Assembly (NCBI GenBank): GCA_965202625.1
Contig: CBDBBI010000010.1
Coordinates: 448,001 to 512,000, forward strand
Direction: 5' to 3'
Source: a bacterium
GTDB lineage: Bacteria; UBA8248
DNA length: 64,000 nucleotides
Numbering within the stretch: position 1 is the first letter of the stretch; the number at the start of each line of letters is the position of its first letter. Positions 40,530 to 50,907 of this stretch are shown piece by piece. The notes beneath the pieces are model-generated. The model was given only the letters and a program-made list of their open reading frames with translations, was not told the DNA's origin and made no database searches. Both the position numbers and the translations under genes were made by a program.

Positions 40530-42641
40530 ATGAGTGAAAGAGAGCGTAAGAGGTATATGCTAAGGCGCGCTTCACGTTCGCGCGCTCGCCTCATCGCGTA
40601 TGAAGAGGAGCTGAACCCTGGGCAGCTCGAGGTGGTGATGGCGGGCGACGGCCCGCTTCTCGTCATTGCGGGAGCGGGCAGTGGAAAAACGCGCGTAATC
40701 ACTTATCGCCTCGCGCGCCTTATTGAGGACGGTGTCGCGCCCGAATCTATACTGCTCGTTACCTTCACGAACAAGGCCGCGCGCGAGATGCTCCATCGCG
40801 CCGCGTCTCTCATACAGTCGTCCGCGCGGCGCGTGTGGGGCGGAACGTTCCATCACGTGGGGAATCTCATCTTACGGCGCTACGGTGCGCTCATCGGCTA
40901 TCCGCCGAACTTCACCATACTCGATCGGGAGGATTCCGCAGATCTCGTCACCGACTGTGTCCGCCTCGCCGGGTTTAACCCCAAGGATAAGTACTTTCCC
41001 AGAGGACGCGTTCTGGAGTCGATCTTCGCCCTGGCCACCGATACTGACAGGGGCGTCTCACAGGTGGTTTTAGAACGGTATTCATATCTGGCGAACCGCT
41101 TGGGCGAGATAGAACAAATCGCCGCCCACTACGAGAGGCGTAAAAAAGAGATTCAGGCGGTGGATTTCTCCGGCTTGCTCACCCTCACGCGGGATTTGCT
41201 CGCGGAGCGCGAGGAGGTGAGGCGAGAGATTCAGGCACGTTTTCGCTACATACTCGTGGATGAATACCAGGACACGAACAAGGCGCAAGCCGACGTCGTG
41301 GACCACCTGTCCGGAGGGCGGCGCAACTTGACTGTGGTGGGGGACGACGCGCAGAGCATTTACAGCTTTCGGGGCGCACACTTTGAGAACATCATCACTT
41401 TTCCGGAGAGGTACCCCGACGCCAAGCTTTTTCGTCTAGAGGAAAACTATAGGAGCACGGCGTCCATTCTCGCACTGGCCGACGCTTCCATCGCCCACAA
41501 CAAGCGCCGGTTCGAGAAAAAACTGAAAACCTCCCGCCCCGAGGGAATCACGCCGGCCCTCGTGAGCGCGCGCGACGCGACGCAGCAGGCGGACTTCGTG
41601 GTCGATCGGGTGCTGGCGTTGCGGGAGGACGAAGGGGTGGCGCTCTCTCAAATTGCGGTGCTCTACCGGGCGCATTTCCACTCCATGGAGCTGCAGATGG
41701 AGCTCACGCGCCAAGGAATTCCGTTTGAGATCAGGAGCGGGCTACGCTTTTTTGAGCAGCGCCACATTAAGGACGTGACGGCGTTCCTGCGACTCGTGAG
41801 CTCTCCGGCGGATGAAGTGGCCTGGAAGCGCGCGCTGCGCCTGCTCCCCCGGGTGGGGGAGGCGACGGCGAATCGGGTCTGGGAGGCGGTGCGGGGGCAG
41901 CCGGACCCCTTCTCCTTTCTCATACGCGACGCGGAGGGGCTCGTGTCCGGCGGTGCGCGCGCCGGGTTTGAGGTTTTTAGAAAGCTCGTCTTCGAGATGG
42001 CGGGCGGGGAGAACGCTGCCCGCACGCCGTCGGAGATGATCAACCTCGTTTTGGATCGGTTTTATCAAAATTACGTCGAGAATACGTTTGACGACGCTCT
42101 CTCGCGCGTGGAGGACGTGCGCCAGCTCGCGGATTTCGCCATGCGGTATGAGGCGGCGCCGGCGTTTTTGTCCGAATTGGCGCTCATGGGGACGGCCGCC
42201 GCGACGGGGCCCACGCCGCTGAACGATGGGGAGGGGCTGGAGGAGTCCATCGTCCTGAGCACGGTGCACCAAGCGAAGGGCCTCGAGTGGAAAGTGGTGT
42301 TCCTGCTATGGCTTACTGACACCCGTTTCCCCTCGGCGAGGGCGTTGGCCGACCCCGAGGGGGAGGAGGAGGAGAGGCGTCTGTTCTACGTTGCTCTCAC
42401 GCGGGCCAAGGATGAGCTCTACATGTGCCAGCCCATGATCGAGAGCGAGGGATGGAAGACGGGAACGTTCTCTAGGCTCTCCCGATTCGTGGAGGAGTTG
42501 CCCGGGGAATTATACGAGCGCTGGCTTCTCAATGAGGCGGATGCATCCACGGAGGATGCGGGGGATTCCGTGAGCACCTCCCGGCTCGCGGACCCGGAGG
42601 AGCCTGACGGCCTGCGCTACGAATATGACGGGGCCGATTGA
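40530..42641 (+). CDS. UvrD/PcrA family ATP-dependent DNA helicase
   Basis: AGAGSGKT, VDEYQD, GDDAQSIYSFRGA, ENYRS, HQAKGLE, EERRLFYVALTRA. Confidence 0.95.
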   Translation: MSERERKRYMLRRASRSRARLIAYEEELNPGQLEVVMAGDGPLLVIAGAGSGKTRVITYRLARLIEDGVAPESILLVTFTNKAAREMLHRAASLIQSSARRVWGGTFHHVGNLILRRYGALIGYPPNFTILDREDSADLVTDCVRLAGFNPKDKYFPRGRVLESIFALATDTDRGVSQVVLERYSYLANRLGEIEQIAAHYERRKKEIQAVDFSGLLTLTRDLLAEREEVRREIQARFRYILVDEYQDTNKAQADVVDHLSGGRRNLTVVGDDAQSIYSFRGAHFENIITFPERYPDAKLFRLEENYRSTASILALADASIAHNKRRFEKKLKTSRPEGITPALVSARDATQQADFVVDRVLALREDEGVALSQIAVLYRAHFHSMELQMELTRQGIPFEIRSGLRFFEQRHIKDVTAFLRLVSSPADEVAWKRALRLLPRVGEATANRVWEAVRGQPDPFSFLIRDAEGLVSGGARAGFEVFRKLVFEMAGGENAARTPSEMINLVLDRFYQNYVENTFDDALSRVEDVRQLADFAMRYEAAPAFLSELALMGTAAATGPTPLNDGEGLEESIVLSTVHQAKGLEWKVVFLLWLTDTRFPSARALADPEGEEEERRLFYVALTRAKDELYMCQPMIESEGWKTGTFSRLSRFVEELPGELYERWLLNEADASTEDAGDSVSTSRLADPEEPDGLRYEYDGAD

Positions 42642-42645
42642 GCGC

Positions 42646-42675
42646 TTGGCGACGGGAGCGGCTTCGCGTTATAAT
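42646..42675 (+). promoter_or_regulatory. Putative sigma70 promoter
   Basis: TTGGCG-18 nt-TATAAT upstream of the VOC gene. Confidence 0.4.
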
Positions 42676-42800
42676 TTCCATTACATTTTCAGAAAGAAGT
42701 CCCTTGCCCTTGAAGGCGGAAGGGTTTTTCGTCATGTGCGCCCGTGGGGGCGATTCTCTGATTTCGCTATGGCGTCTTGTATGATGGGGGATAAAGGAGC

Positions 42801-43607
42801 ATGACTGGACAAATGGAATACGGACCGGGGAGTTTCGCGTGGGCCGACCTAGCGGCGCGGGAGCTGGGCGTCGCCAAGGATTTTTACGTCTCCCTGTTTG
42901 ACTGGACGCTTGAGGAGGTGCCCATGGGGTGTGGCGCGGTCTATTCGATATTCCGCAAGGGCGATAAACAGGTCTGCGGCATGTACGAGATGTGTCCCGA
43001 CATGCGCGAAGGCGACCACCCCTCCTACTGGCAGAGTTACGTGGCGGTGGAAAACACGGATGAGACCGCAAAAAAGGCGGCCGAATTAGGTGCGCGCTTG
43101 ATCCAAGAACCGTACGACGTACCGGAGGCGGGCCGCATGGCGGTGATTCGGGATCCGGCAGACGCAATCCTGTCTCTCTGGCAGCTCAAAGAGCACGAGG
43201 AAGTCCCGATGATGAACCAGCCGGGTGCGATTAGCTGGAACGAACTGCTCACAAGGGACTTAGAGCGCGCCGCTTCGTTCTACGCTGCGCTGTTCGGCTG
43301 GACGAGCGTCGTGAAGCCCAGCCCCGCCGGCGGGGATTACACGGTTTTCCAGAGCGGCGAGGAACATCGGGCTGGAATGCTTGAAATTCGGCCTGACATG
43401 GGCGATATGTCGCCGTGTTGGGTGGTATATTTCGGAGTGGAGAATCTCGACGCCGCTCTTGAAAAAGCCAAGAGTCTAGGTGGTAAGGGCACGTTTGACC
43501 CACTGGACATTCCGGACGTGGGGAGAATTGGGGGAATCGCGGATCCGCAAGGGGCGTGTTTCACGGCGATGGAATCGGCTATGGCGTCGGTGGGCTCGTC
43601 TGATTGA
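42801..43607 (+). CDS. VOC/glyoxalase family protein, two domains
   Basis: Duplicated W.EL....A..FY..LFGW and DP.GA motifs. Confidence 0.92.
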   Translation: MTGQMEYGPGSFAWADLAARELGVAKDFYVSLFDWTLEEVPMGCGAVYSIFRKGDKQVCGMYEMCPDMREGDHPSYWQSYVAVENTDETAKKAAELGARLIQEPYDVPEAGRMAVIRDPADAILSLWQLKEHEEVPMMNQPGAISWNELLTRDLERAASFYAALFGWTSVVKPSPAGGDYTVFQSGEEHRAGMLEIRPDMGDMSPCWVVYFGVENLDAALEKAKSLGGKGTFDPLDIPDVGRIGGIADPQGACFTAMESAMASVGSSD

Positions 43608-43761
43608 CTCCCGTGGCCACGAGACGCCCACACATCGACCGAGCCGGCGCACATGGTCGCCGATTCGCGAATAAGAGCATGAATACCTCATAAAACGTCA
43701 AACGACAGATCGCGCCTTTGGGCACACCCATCGCTAACCTCACTGGGAGTATGAAAGACGC

Positions 43762-44406
43762 ATGAAATATCAAACCATTGACCCCGCAGAGAACCACTGG
43801 CGGCAGAATTATCGCCTGCTCGTCGGCTCCGTCGTGCCGAGGCCCATCGCTTGGGTGAGCACCATCAGCGCGGACGGCTACGTGAATCTCGCGCCCTTTA
43901 GCTTTTTCACCTGCGTCGGACATGACCCGCCTCTGCTCTCTATATCGGTGGGCGTGCGCGAAAAGGCGTATAAGGATACCGCGCGGAACATCATGGAGAC
44001 CCAGGGCTACGTCATCCACACCGTGGTGGACGGCCTCGAGGAGCAGATGAACGTTTGCGCGGGCGACTACGCCTTCGAGGTGAGCGAGTTTGAGGAGGCG
44101 GGCCTGACGCCGGTCGATTCCGATTTTGTGAAGGCGCCACGCATCGCCGAGGCGCCCGTGGCCATGGAATGCCAATTTCGGCACCTCATCACGAACGGCC
44201 GCGAACACCTCACCAACGTCATCATCGGCGAGGTGGTGTGTTGGCACGTGCGCGAGGACGTGATGATAGAGGATGGAAAATATATCGACCCGGTTTTGCT
44301 CAGGCCTGTGGGTAGGCTCGCCGGGAATGGGTATTGCCGCTCGCGCGAAGTGTTCTACATGCAGCGGCCTGACAGACAACCGGAGCAGCCGAGTCCGAAG
44401 GGTTGA
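43762..44406 (+). CDS. Flavin reductase family protein
   Basis: PRPIAWVST, NLAPFSFF, KDTARNI, GRLAG. Confidence 0.92.
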   Translation: MKYQTIDPAENHWRQNYRLLVGSVVPRPIAWVSTISADGYVNLAPFSFFTCVGHDPPLLSISVGVREKAYKDTARNIMETQGYVIHTVVDGLEEQMNVCAGDYAFEVSEFEEAGLTPVDSDFVKAPRIAEAPVAMECQFRHLITNGREHLTNVIIGEVVCWHVREDVMIEDGKYIDPVLLRPVGRLAGNGYCRSREVFYMQRPDRQPEQPSPKG

Positions 44407-44450
44407 GGCCGAGGTGATGTAAGTCCTCTTAAAGTGAAGGAGGAGATGAG

Positions 44451-45521
44451 ATGGGCGATATTCCAGAGATGATGAAGGCCGCTGTCACGCACGGTGCGGA
44501 GGAGGTGCGCATCGAGCACATTCCGGTACCCGCGTATGAGCCGGATCAGGTGTTGGTCAAGGTCGCCGCCTGCGGTGTTTGCGGCACCGACATCCACATC
44601 TACGAGGGGCACATGCGTCCGATGTGGCCGCCCCATTATCCCTTCATCCAGGGGCATGAGTGGGCGGGGGAGGTGGCCGCCATCGGGAGTCGTGCGAGAA
44701 CCACCCTCAAGGTGGGCGATCGCGTGATCATGGAGCCGACGATTGGCTGCGGGGCCTGTCCCACTTGCATCCGGGGCGACTACCATATCTGCGAGAACGC
44801 CTCAAAGCCCGACGGCGGTTATCGCCTCTTGGGCCATACGGCGAACGGCGCTTTCAGTGAATATGGCGTCGCCCCGCCAAACAATCTGCACAAGATGCCC
44901 GAATCCCTGGGCTGGGAGGAGGCGGTCATTGTGAACCAAGTCGTTATCGCCCTGCACGCCATTGAGCGCGCGGGAGTGGAGCCGGCTGACACGGTGGCGA
45001 TTCTTGGCCCTGGCCTTCTGGGGCTTTCGGTGCTACAGCTCGTCAAGATGCTAGGCGCGTCGAAAACCTATCTCACCGGCCGCGGCTATCGCTTGCGAAT
45101 AGCGGAAGAACTCGGCGCGGACGTCGTCATCGACATCACGAAGGAAGATCCAGTCGCCGTCGTCAGGCGTGATACGGGCGGCCGAGGCGTGGATTTGGCG
45201 ATCGAGTGCGCCGGCCCGCCGGAGACGATGCGCCAGGCGGTGGACATGGTCCGGCGCGGCGGGCGCGTAGTGCTGGAGGGGCTCAACGGCGGCCAGGAGG
45301 TAGCGTTCAACAGCGACCGCATTGTCCTTGATGAGATCGCGATATTTGGCGGGCGCGGGTCGCCCAACTGCTACCCGAGAGCCATTCAGATGATGGCGGA
45401 CGGCCGCATTGACACGAAGAAAATGCTCACGCACACGTTCGCGCTCGATGATTTCGCCGAGGCGATACGCATGTTCAAGGCGAGGGAAGATGGCGTCATG
45501 CGCGCGATGATCACGCCCTAG
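44451..45521 (+). CDS. Zinc-dependent alcohol dehydrogenase
   Basis: CGVCGTD, GHE, CGACPTC..C, GPGLLG. Confidence 0.93.
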   Translation: MGDIPEMMKAAVTHGAEEVRIEHIPVPAYEPDQVLVKVAACGVCGTDIHIYEGHMRPMWPPHYPFIQGHEWAGEVAAIGSRARTTLKVGDRVIMEPTIGCGACPTCIRGDYHICENASKPDGGYRLLGHTANGAFSEYGVAPPNNLHKMPESLGWEEAVIVNQVVIALHAIERAGVEPADTVAILGPGLLGLSVLQLVKMLGASKTYLTGRGYRLRIAEELGADVVIDITKEDPVAVVRRDTGGRGVDLAIECAGPPETMRQAVDMVRRGGRVVLEGLNGGQEVAFNSDRIVLDEIAIFGGRGSPNCYPRAIQMMADGRIDTKKMLTHTFALDDFAEAIRMFKAREDGVMRAMITP

Positions 45522-45594
45522 ATTTGACGGGCGTCAACTTGCTACGCCGGCCCGCCCGATCTCTGGTTTTTGCGCTCAGGAGAAGAGAAACCCG

Positions 45595-46560
45595 ATGCCC
45601 GCGAAACTTCTGCCACTACTGTCGTGGGCAGCTACACGCAGCCCGACTGGCTCATCAATCGAGACAACTTGACGAAACGTCTCCCCCTGCGCGTGGGCGC
45701 GCGGGAGATTTGGCGCGTGCCGCCGAAGTTTCTCGAGAGTGCGTAGGACGACGCGACCCTCCTTGCGATTCGCGACATGGAGCGTGCGGGAATCGACATC
45801 ATCACGGACGGCGAGGTGCGCCGTGAGAGCTATTCCAACCGCGTGGCCACGGCTCTCGGCGGCATCGACACCAAGCGCCACGGCTTCGTCAAGGACCGAT
45901 CAGGCAGGGACAACCCTGTCCCCCGGGTGGTCGGGAAAATCCACCGCAAAAACCCTATAGAGGCGCGCGATGTCGCGTTTTTGCGCGCCAACACGGAGCG
46001 GGAGATCAAGATCACGCTGCCGGGTCCCTTCACCATGACGCAACAGGCCCAGGATGATTTCTACCATGATGAGCGGGCGATGGCGCTCGATTACGCCCGC
46101 GCGGTGAACGAGGAGATGAAGGACTCTTCAGCGCCGGGGCCGACGTGGTGCAGCTCGACGAGCCCTCTATATGCAGGCGCGCGCTGAGAAGGCGCGAGAA
46201 TTTGCCGTGGAAGTCCTCAACGCGGCCCTGGACGGCGTCGAGGAGATGACCGCCCTTCACATGTGCTTTTGGCTACGCAGCCATCGAAGCTTGGCAGGGA
46301 CTGGGAAAGCCCGACGCCTACTCCTTCCTGCCGGAGTTGAACGAGAGCGCGATCGATCAGATATCCATCGAGGCGGCCCAGCCCGGAATCGATCTCGCCA
46401 TCCTCAAGAAACTTCCGGAGAAGACCACCATATTGGGCGTCATCGACAACGGCGACCCGAAAGTCGAGTCGCCACAGGTCGTCGCGGCGCGAATTCGGGA
46501 GGTGCTCACGCACGTATCGCCCGAGCGACTCATCCCCGCTCCCGACTGCGGAATGAAATA
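45595..46560 (+). pseudogene. Cobalamin-independent methionine synthase II (MetE C-terminal-like) pseudogene, 5' part
   Basis: TTVVGSY, TDGEVRRESY, PGPFT, QLDEP, HMCFGY, PDCGMKY; TAG at 45744, at least four frameshifts, interrupted by IS. Confidence 0.88.
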
Positions 46561-46582
46561 TGGAATTTCCTAGTTTAAGGTC
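46561..46582 (+). repeat. Terminal inverted repeat (distal end)
   Basis: TGGAATTTCCTAGTTTAAGGTC, 21/22 match to the other end. Confidence 0.92.
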
Positions 46583-46815
46583 GTTTTCTTTTCTTTTTTC
46601 TCTTGTATTGCTGAACATACTCTACTACACTCCTTGCCATCGCCAAACTGTTCATGAGGGGACCTGTTTTGTCGGGTCGCCCATGGAATAGAAAACCGTT
46701 CACCTACTGATCGGAAATACATGGGAACCCACCATAACCTCGTGGATTGTTTGGCGACCGACCCGGCCTCATAGGGAGGCTGGGACTTTTTTGGGTAAGG
46801 AAAGGGGTCGCAACA

Positions 46816-47496
46816 ATGAAGCGAGGGATATTTCTGTGTGCAGTAGCTGTTCTGGGTATGGCCTTGTCCATTCCGCTCATCGCAAAAGCGGAAGAGGCGG
46901 GGAAATGGTATTTTACGCCCAGTGCAGGGTTGTTGTCGCCAAGGGACACGGATGTGGAGAGCATCGCCGGTATCAACCTGGATGATACCATCCTCAGTGG
47001 AACGGCAGAAACCGACAACGGGCTGTTTCTGAGCGCGGCAGTTGGCCGTTCTTTCGGTCGTCTGAGGGGAGAGATTGAGGCTTTTCACGGAAGATTTGAT
47101 TTCACCGAAAAAGCGGAACTGAGTGAAGCGGTTACGATTGGCGGCGTCCAGTTTGCTCCTGGAGAATATGAACTGGGAGATGGGAACGTCAAAATTACGG
47201 GGCTGATGGTGAACGCATGGGTGGACCTGGGCGCGAGCGACTGGAGCATCAACCCTTACCTGGGAGGAGGAGTTGGACTGACGCGCATCAAGGCGCCAGC
47301 TGGTTCCGACAGCGGATTCTCCTGGCAGATCGGTGGGGGTGCGCTCTTTCCCGTAAGCGAGAATGTTTCCATTGATGCCAAATATCGGTTCATGAGCACT
47401 GCCTATGAACCTGAATTTGAAGGTCTCTTTGGCGATGTCGAGTATGAGAAACTCCAGTCTCACGCATTCACGCTGGGTCTTAAGTTCACGTTCTAG
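46816..47496 (+). CDS. Outer membrane beta-barrel protein (OmpA-TM/opacity-like), IS passenger
   Basis: Signal peptide, NPYLGGGVG, WQIGGG, C-terminal GLKFTF beta signal. Confidence 0.88.
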   Translation: MKRGIFLCAVAVLGMALSIPLIAKAEEAGKWYFTPSAGLLSPRDTDVESIAGINLDDTILSGTAETDNGLFLSAAVGRSFGRLRGEIEAFHGRFDFTEKAELSEAVTIGGVQFAPGEYELGDGNVKITGLMVNAWVDLGASDWSINPYLGGGVGLTRIKAPAGSDSGFSWQIGGGALFPVSENVSIDAKYRFMSTAYEPEFEGLFGDVEYEKLQSHAFTLGLKFTF

Positions 47497-47511
47497 TCCT
47501 GGTTTTTCCAA

Positions 47512-47549
47512 GGCCGGCCCCTGCTGACGTAGGGGTCGGCTCTTTTCTT
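47512..47549 (+). terminator. Intrinsic terminator between convergent passenger genes
   Basis: GGCCGGCCCCTGC-tgac-GTAGGGGTCGGCT followed by a T-rich tract. Confidence 0.7.
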
Positions 47550-48446
47550 TCAATCTTCTATGCCCAGAAGCATTTGCTCTTTCTCCTTCGGAAACGCCCG
47601 CGTAAGTCTTCCCTTGAAATCATTCCAATTCGGAGATGAGCGCATGAGCGCAATCACCGCCGCGAGGTGCTCCTTGAGTTTCGGGTGCCCAAGACTGGGC
47701 GTGAACCATTGATGGTGCTTGTGTTTTCTGTGTCCTTCGGGAGCGACAGGGTTTCTCTGTTGCAATTCTTTCAGCACGCCCGGAGCGATGCGCGCATACA
47801 CGATATCGTTGGTATAACGTCCTATGACGCTTGGGCGACTCACGCCGTCCGGGCCTGACCATTTCTTGAGCCTGAATATCTGTTCGTAAAATTCATACGG
47901 AAACGTTTTTGTCCAGGGCTGTAATTCCTTGGCTATGAATTTTTCGAGAATCACACTGAGCGCACGTTCCTCGCGTATGCGCTGATAGCCTGTCGCCTCA
48001 TCGACTAGAGCGATGATGCCTACGGCGGCAAGGGCGCGAACGAGCAGATCGCATCTCTCCGCTATGTGGGCTTGTTGCTTTGTGAGAACCTTTGCATCAC
48101 GCGCGGCCAAGACCACATTGCATACGTCAACAAGCAAAGTGGCCGGATACGCATAGGCCGTTCTTCCACCATCTGGCGGCTGAAATTCAATAGTAGAAAT
48201 GAGGCGCGCGGTTAAGTCATTGATATTGATACCTTTTTTCTCTAAATTGCCTACAAATTCGGCCATTCGGGGCGCGCCAGTTTTTTTCGCGCCCCCAGCA
48301 CTCAACCCAACGCTTGATTGAAACCCCCTCTGACTCAAGACGCGCGTCTCATCTTCCAGCACGTAGCAGGGAATCTCCACCTCTCCGATGACGAGGGGAT
48401 TGTAGGGCGTGCCCGCAATGACTTTCAAAGGCTGTTGTTTGTTCAT
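47550..48446 (-). CDS. P63C domain protein, IS passenger
   Basis: IPCYVLED..RVLSQRG, IIALVDEATGYQ, ILEKFIAKELQPW.KTFP, HHQW. Confidence 0.88.
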   Translation of the reverse strand: MNKQQPLKVIAGTPYNPLVIGEVEIPCYVLEDETRVLSQRGFQSSVGLSAGGAKKTGAPRMAEFVGNLEKKGININDLTARLISTIEFQPPDGGRTAYAYPATLLVDVCNVVLAARDAKVLTKQQAHIAERCDLLVRALAAVGIIALVDEATGYQRIREERALSVILEKFIAKELQPWTKTFPYEFYEQIFRLKKWSGPDGVSRPSVIGRYTNDIVYARIAPGVLKELQQRNPVAPEGHRKHKHHQWFTPSLGHPKLKEHLAAVIALMRSSPNWNDFKGRLTRAFPKEKEQMLLGIED

Positions 48447-49312
48447 GCGCCCAGTCCTCTGCTGATGGTGAGGTCAAAAGCAAACGTCGGTTTCGCGTCG
48501 CGCAGGTTGTAGCGATAGCAGAACTCATCCACGTAGCGTTGCAGGTGCTTGCGGCTCACGCTGTGGAAGGAACCGAACATCCCCCGCTTCAGGAGCGCCC
48601 AGAAACCCTCTATGGTGTTCGTGTGCACGTCGCCGTCCACATACCATTTCTCATGCTTGATGACGCGATGCGGGAGCACCTTCTCCATGCCCCGATAGCC
48701 CATGTATTCATCCGTGATGAGCTCCGATTCGTGCGTCTTGATGCGTTCCCGGACAAACGCCCGCATATGCCGCGCCTTCATGCTTTCCTTCTTCACGGCC
48801 TTGGCAGAAACCTTTCCTCCGCGCTCGACGGCCCCCACCACCGGGGCCTTGTCGGTTCCCCTTCCGCGTTTCCTCGGAGGCTCGCCCTTGCCTTTGCGCG
48901 GCTTTCCGCCGATGTATGTTTCATCCATCTCAATGACGCCTTTCAGGAGATCGCGCCCCTCGGCTTGCGCCATTGCCTTGCGAATCTGCATGGCTATACG
49001 CCACGCCGTGTTCTTGTTCACTTTCAGATCGCGCGACAGCTGAAGGGCGGACAATCCCTTCTTGGCGTTCAGAATGAGGTTGATGGCCAGAAACCATTTC
49101 TGAAGGGGAAGGTGGGTATGATGAAAAATCGTGCCCACCGTCACGCTAAAAGACGTGATGCAATCGTAACATCTCCACCTGTGCTGGCTTCGCGCGACCT
49201 TGACGGAACCGCAATAGGGACAGCACGGCAGGTCGCCCCACCGCGCCTCCTCCAGATGCGCAATACACGATTCCTGGGTGGGAAACCTCTCGAAAATCTC
49301 TATAATGTCCAT
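48443..49312 (-). CDS. IS1595 family (ISXO2-like) DDE transposase
   Basis: CPYCG zinc ribbon, HTH, EMDETY, ITDEY, HTNTIEGFWALLKR, YVDEFCYRYN. Confidence 0.95.
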   Translation of the reverse strand: MDIIEIFERFPTQESCIAHLEEARWGDLPCCPYCGSVKVARSQHRWRCYDCITSFSVTVGTIFHHTHLPLQKWFLAINLILNAKKGLSALQLSRDLKVNKNTAWRIAMQIRKAMAQAEGRDLLKGVIEMDETYIGGKPRKGKGEPPRKRGRGTDKAPVVGAVERGGKVSAKAVKKESMKARHMRAFVRERIKTHESELITDEYMGYRGMEKVLPHRVIKHEKWYVDGDVHTNTIEGFWALLKRGMFGSFHSVSRKHLQRYVDEFCYRYNLRDAKPTFAFDLTISRGLGA

Positions 49313-49387
49313 GACGTTTCCTCAGTCGGGGTAGAGTTTATCCTGAAAACACAAGAGAATCATACCCTGACCAACGGAGAACATCAA

Positions 49388-49409
49388 GACCTTAAACTAG
49401 GAAATTCCG
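49388..49409 (-). repeat. Terminal inverted repeat (transposase-proximal end)
   Basis: Minus strand reads CGGAATTTCCTAGTTTAAGGTC. Confidence 0.92.
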
Positions 49410-49486
49410 ATGAAATATATGAACAGGGAAACCGCTTTCGGTAAACTCAAGTCCCTGCCATCGTGCGCCGAGAGCTCGGTAGGTAG
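49410..49486 (+). pseudogene. 3' tail of the interrupted MetE-like gene
   Basis: Resumes MKYMNRETAFGKLKSL, then after a shift AIVRRELGR-stop. Confidence 0.8.
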
Positions 49487-49512
49487 CGCTTCTCCCTGCG
49501 CTGTCATGACGG

Positions 49513-49543
49513 GGCTGCTTGAAGAGGCTGCTTGAAGAGGCTG
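49513..49543. repeat. 13-bp tandem repeat (about 2.4 copies)
   Basis: GGCTGCTTGAAGA GGCTGCTTGAAGA GGCTG. Confidence 0.85.
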
Positions 49544-49989
49544 TAGCCAAACAAAAATAATTGCGAATTGCCTGGAGAAACAGCGGATTTTCCGAGGTGA
49601 AACGACTTGGAAAAAGATCGTGAAGGGGAACTGAAAAAGTCGCTCAAAGCAGGTCGCCGAGCGTGATGGCGGCGAGGGTGCCCGCGTCTGCCGCACTCTT
49701 GACGTCGGGATGCGTGGAGGCATCGCGTAGCCGCTCATCAATTTTATACGTGCGCGAAAAGGGAATTGACGATAGGCGGCGTCCCCATAGAAAATAACGC
49801 GGCGACCTTCTGCGCGCGCAGGGAGCGTTTTGGTGAGGCGATGGCTCCGTCCGCGCTAATGAACGGCTGATACCGTTATTTTATGACAGATTTGGGAAAT
49901 TTTATTGTACGGGCAAAAAAAGGTAATCTAGTCTATAAATTAAGATTTCTGCTCTCTTTGTTTGCGATTTGCGCCCGTGAGGAAACCGC

Positions 49990-50907
49990 ATGATCGATGT
50001 TCCTTCGTGCCCCGACGGCCCCCATGCGCCATCGGGGGGGGGGCACCTGCCCTTGGGCCAAGACGGGAATGGCAGATCCCCCGAACCCATCCTCTTTTGT
50101 GAAGACAACCTCGCTTTCATGGCCAGATTTCCTGATGCGATGATGAAGCTCGTCATCACTTCGCCCCCATACAACTTGGGGAAGGAATACGAATCGAAAA
50201 CATCGCTCGATTCCTACCTGTATGCACAGGAGCGCGTGATAAAGGAATGTGTCCGACTTCTTCATCCCCAAGGCTCCATCTGCTGGCAGGTCGGGAACTA
50301 TGTGCGAAACGCTGAAATCATTCCGCTTGATACCGTGCTCTACCCCGTATTTCGTGCGGAAGGACTCAAGCTTCGCAACCGAATTGTCTGGTGTTTCGGC
50401 CACGGGCTCCATTGCGCCAAGAGGCTCTCGGGCCGATACGAGACGATCAACTGGTGGACGAAAGGTGATAATTACACTTGGAATCTCGACCCAATACGAG
50501 TTCCGGCGAAATATCCTGGCAAGAGGCATTTCAAGGGGCCGAGAATGGGGCAGCTTTCGGGAAACCCGAAAGGCAAGAACCCGACTGACGTCTGGGCGTT
50601 CCCGAACGTAAAGAGCAATCACCCGGAAAAGACCGTTCATCCCTGCCAGTTCCCCGTCGAGCTGGCGGAGCGTCTTGTTCTTTCCATGACGGATGCAGGC
50701 GACGCGGTGCTCGACCCTTACATGGGCGTTGGTTCCGCCATTATCGCTGCGCTCATGCACGGAAGAGCGGCTTACGGTTGTGACATTGTTCCCCAATACG
50801 TGGAGATCGCCCGCCAGCGAGTGCGCGAGCTGCGCGCGGGGATTCTCAAAACACGCCCGATGGGGAAGCCCATCTACGACCCCTCGAAACCGAAAGGGGG
50901 GCATTAA
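49990..50907 (+). CDS. Site-specific DNA methyltransferase, beta class (N4-C/N6-A)
   Basis: TSPPY near the N-terminus, HPCQFP, LDPYMGVGS near the C-terminus. Confidence 0.93.
   Translation: MIDVPSCPDGPHAPSGGGHLPLGQDGNGRSPEPILFCEDNLAFMARFPDAMMKLVITSPPYNLGKEYESKTSLDSYLYAQERVIKECVRLLHPQGSICWQVGNYVRNAEIIPLDTVLYPVFRAEGLKLRNRIVWCFGHGLHCAKRLSGRYETINWWTKGDNYTWNLDPIRVPAKYPGKRHFKGPRMGQLSGNPKGKNPTDVWAFPNVKSNHPEKTVHPCQFPVELAERLVLSMTDAGDAVLDPYMGVGSAIIAALMHGRAAYGCDIVPQYVEIARQRVRELRAGILKTRPMGKPIYDPSKPKGGH

Larger units (their letters stand above)
46561..49409 (-). mobile_element. IS1595-family transporter element (2,849 bp) with two passenger genes
   Basis: TIR core GGAATTTCCTAGTTTAAGGTC at 46562-46582 and its exact reverse complement at 49388-49408; TSD ATGAAATA at 46553-46560 and 49410-49417. 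Confidence 0.92.

Noticed and set aside
45744-45746. In-frame TAG in the MetE-like gene as pyrrolysine or readthrough
   Set aside because: It falls where Gln (CAG) is expected in AQDDA, and the gene also has several frameshifts and an IS insertion
47550-48446. Prophage signal from the P63C gene
   Set aside because: No other phage genes; it lies inside the IS boundaries
49513-49543. Short repeats (also 40160, 34573) as CRISPR relics
   Set aside because: Only two copies, too short, no spacers of suitable length, no cas genes
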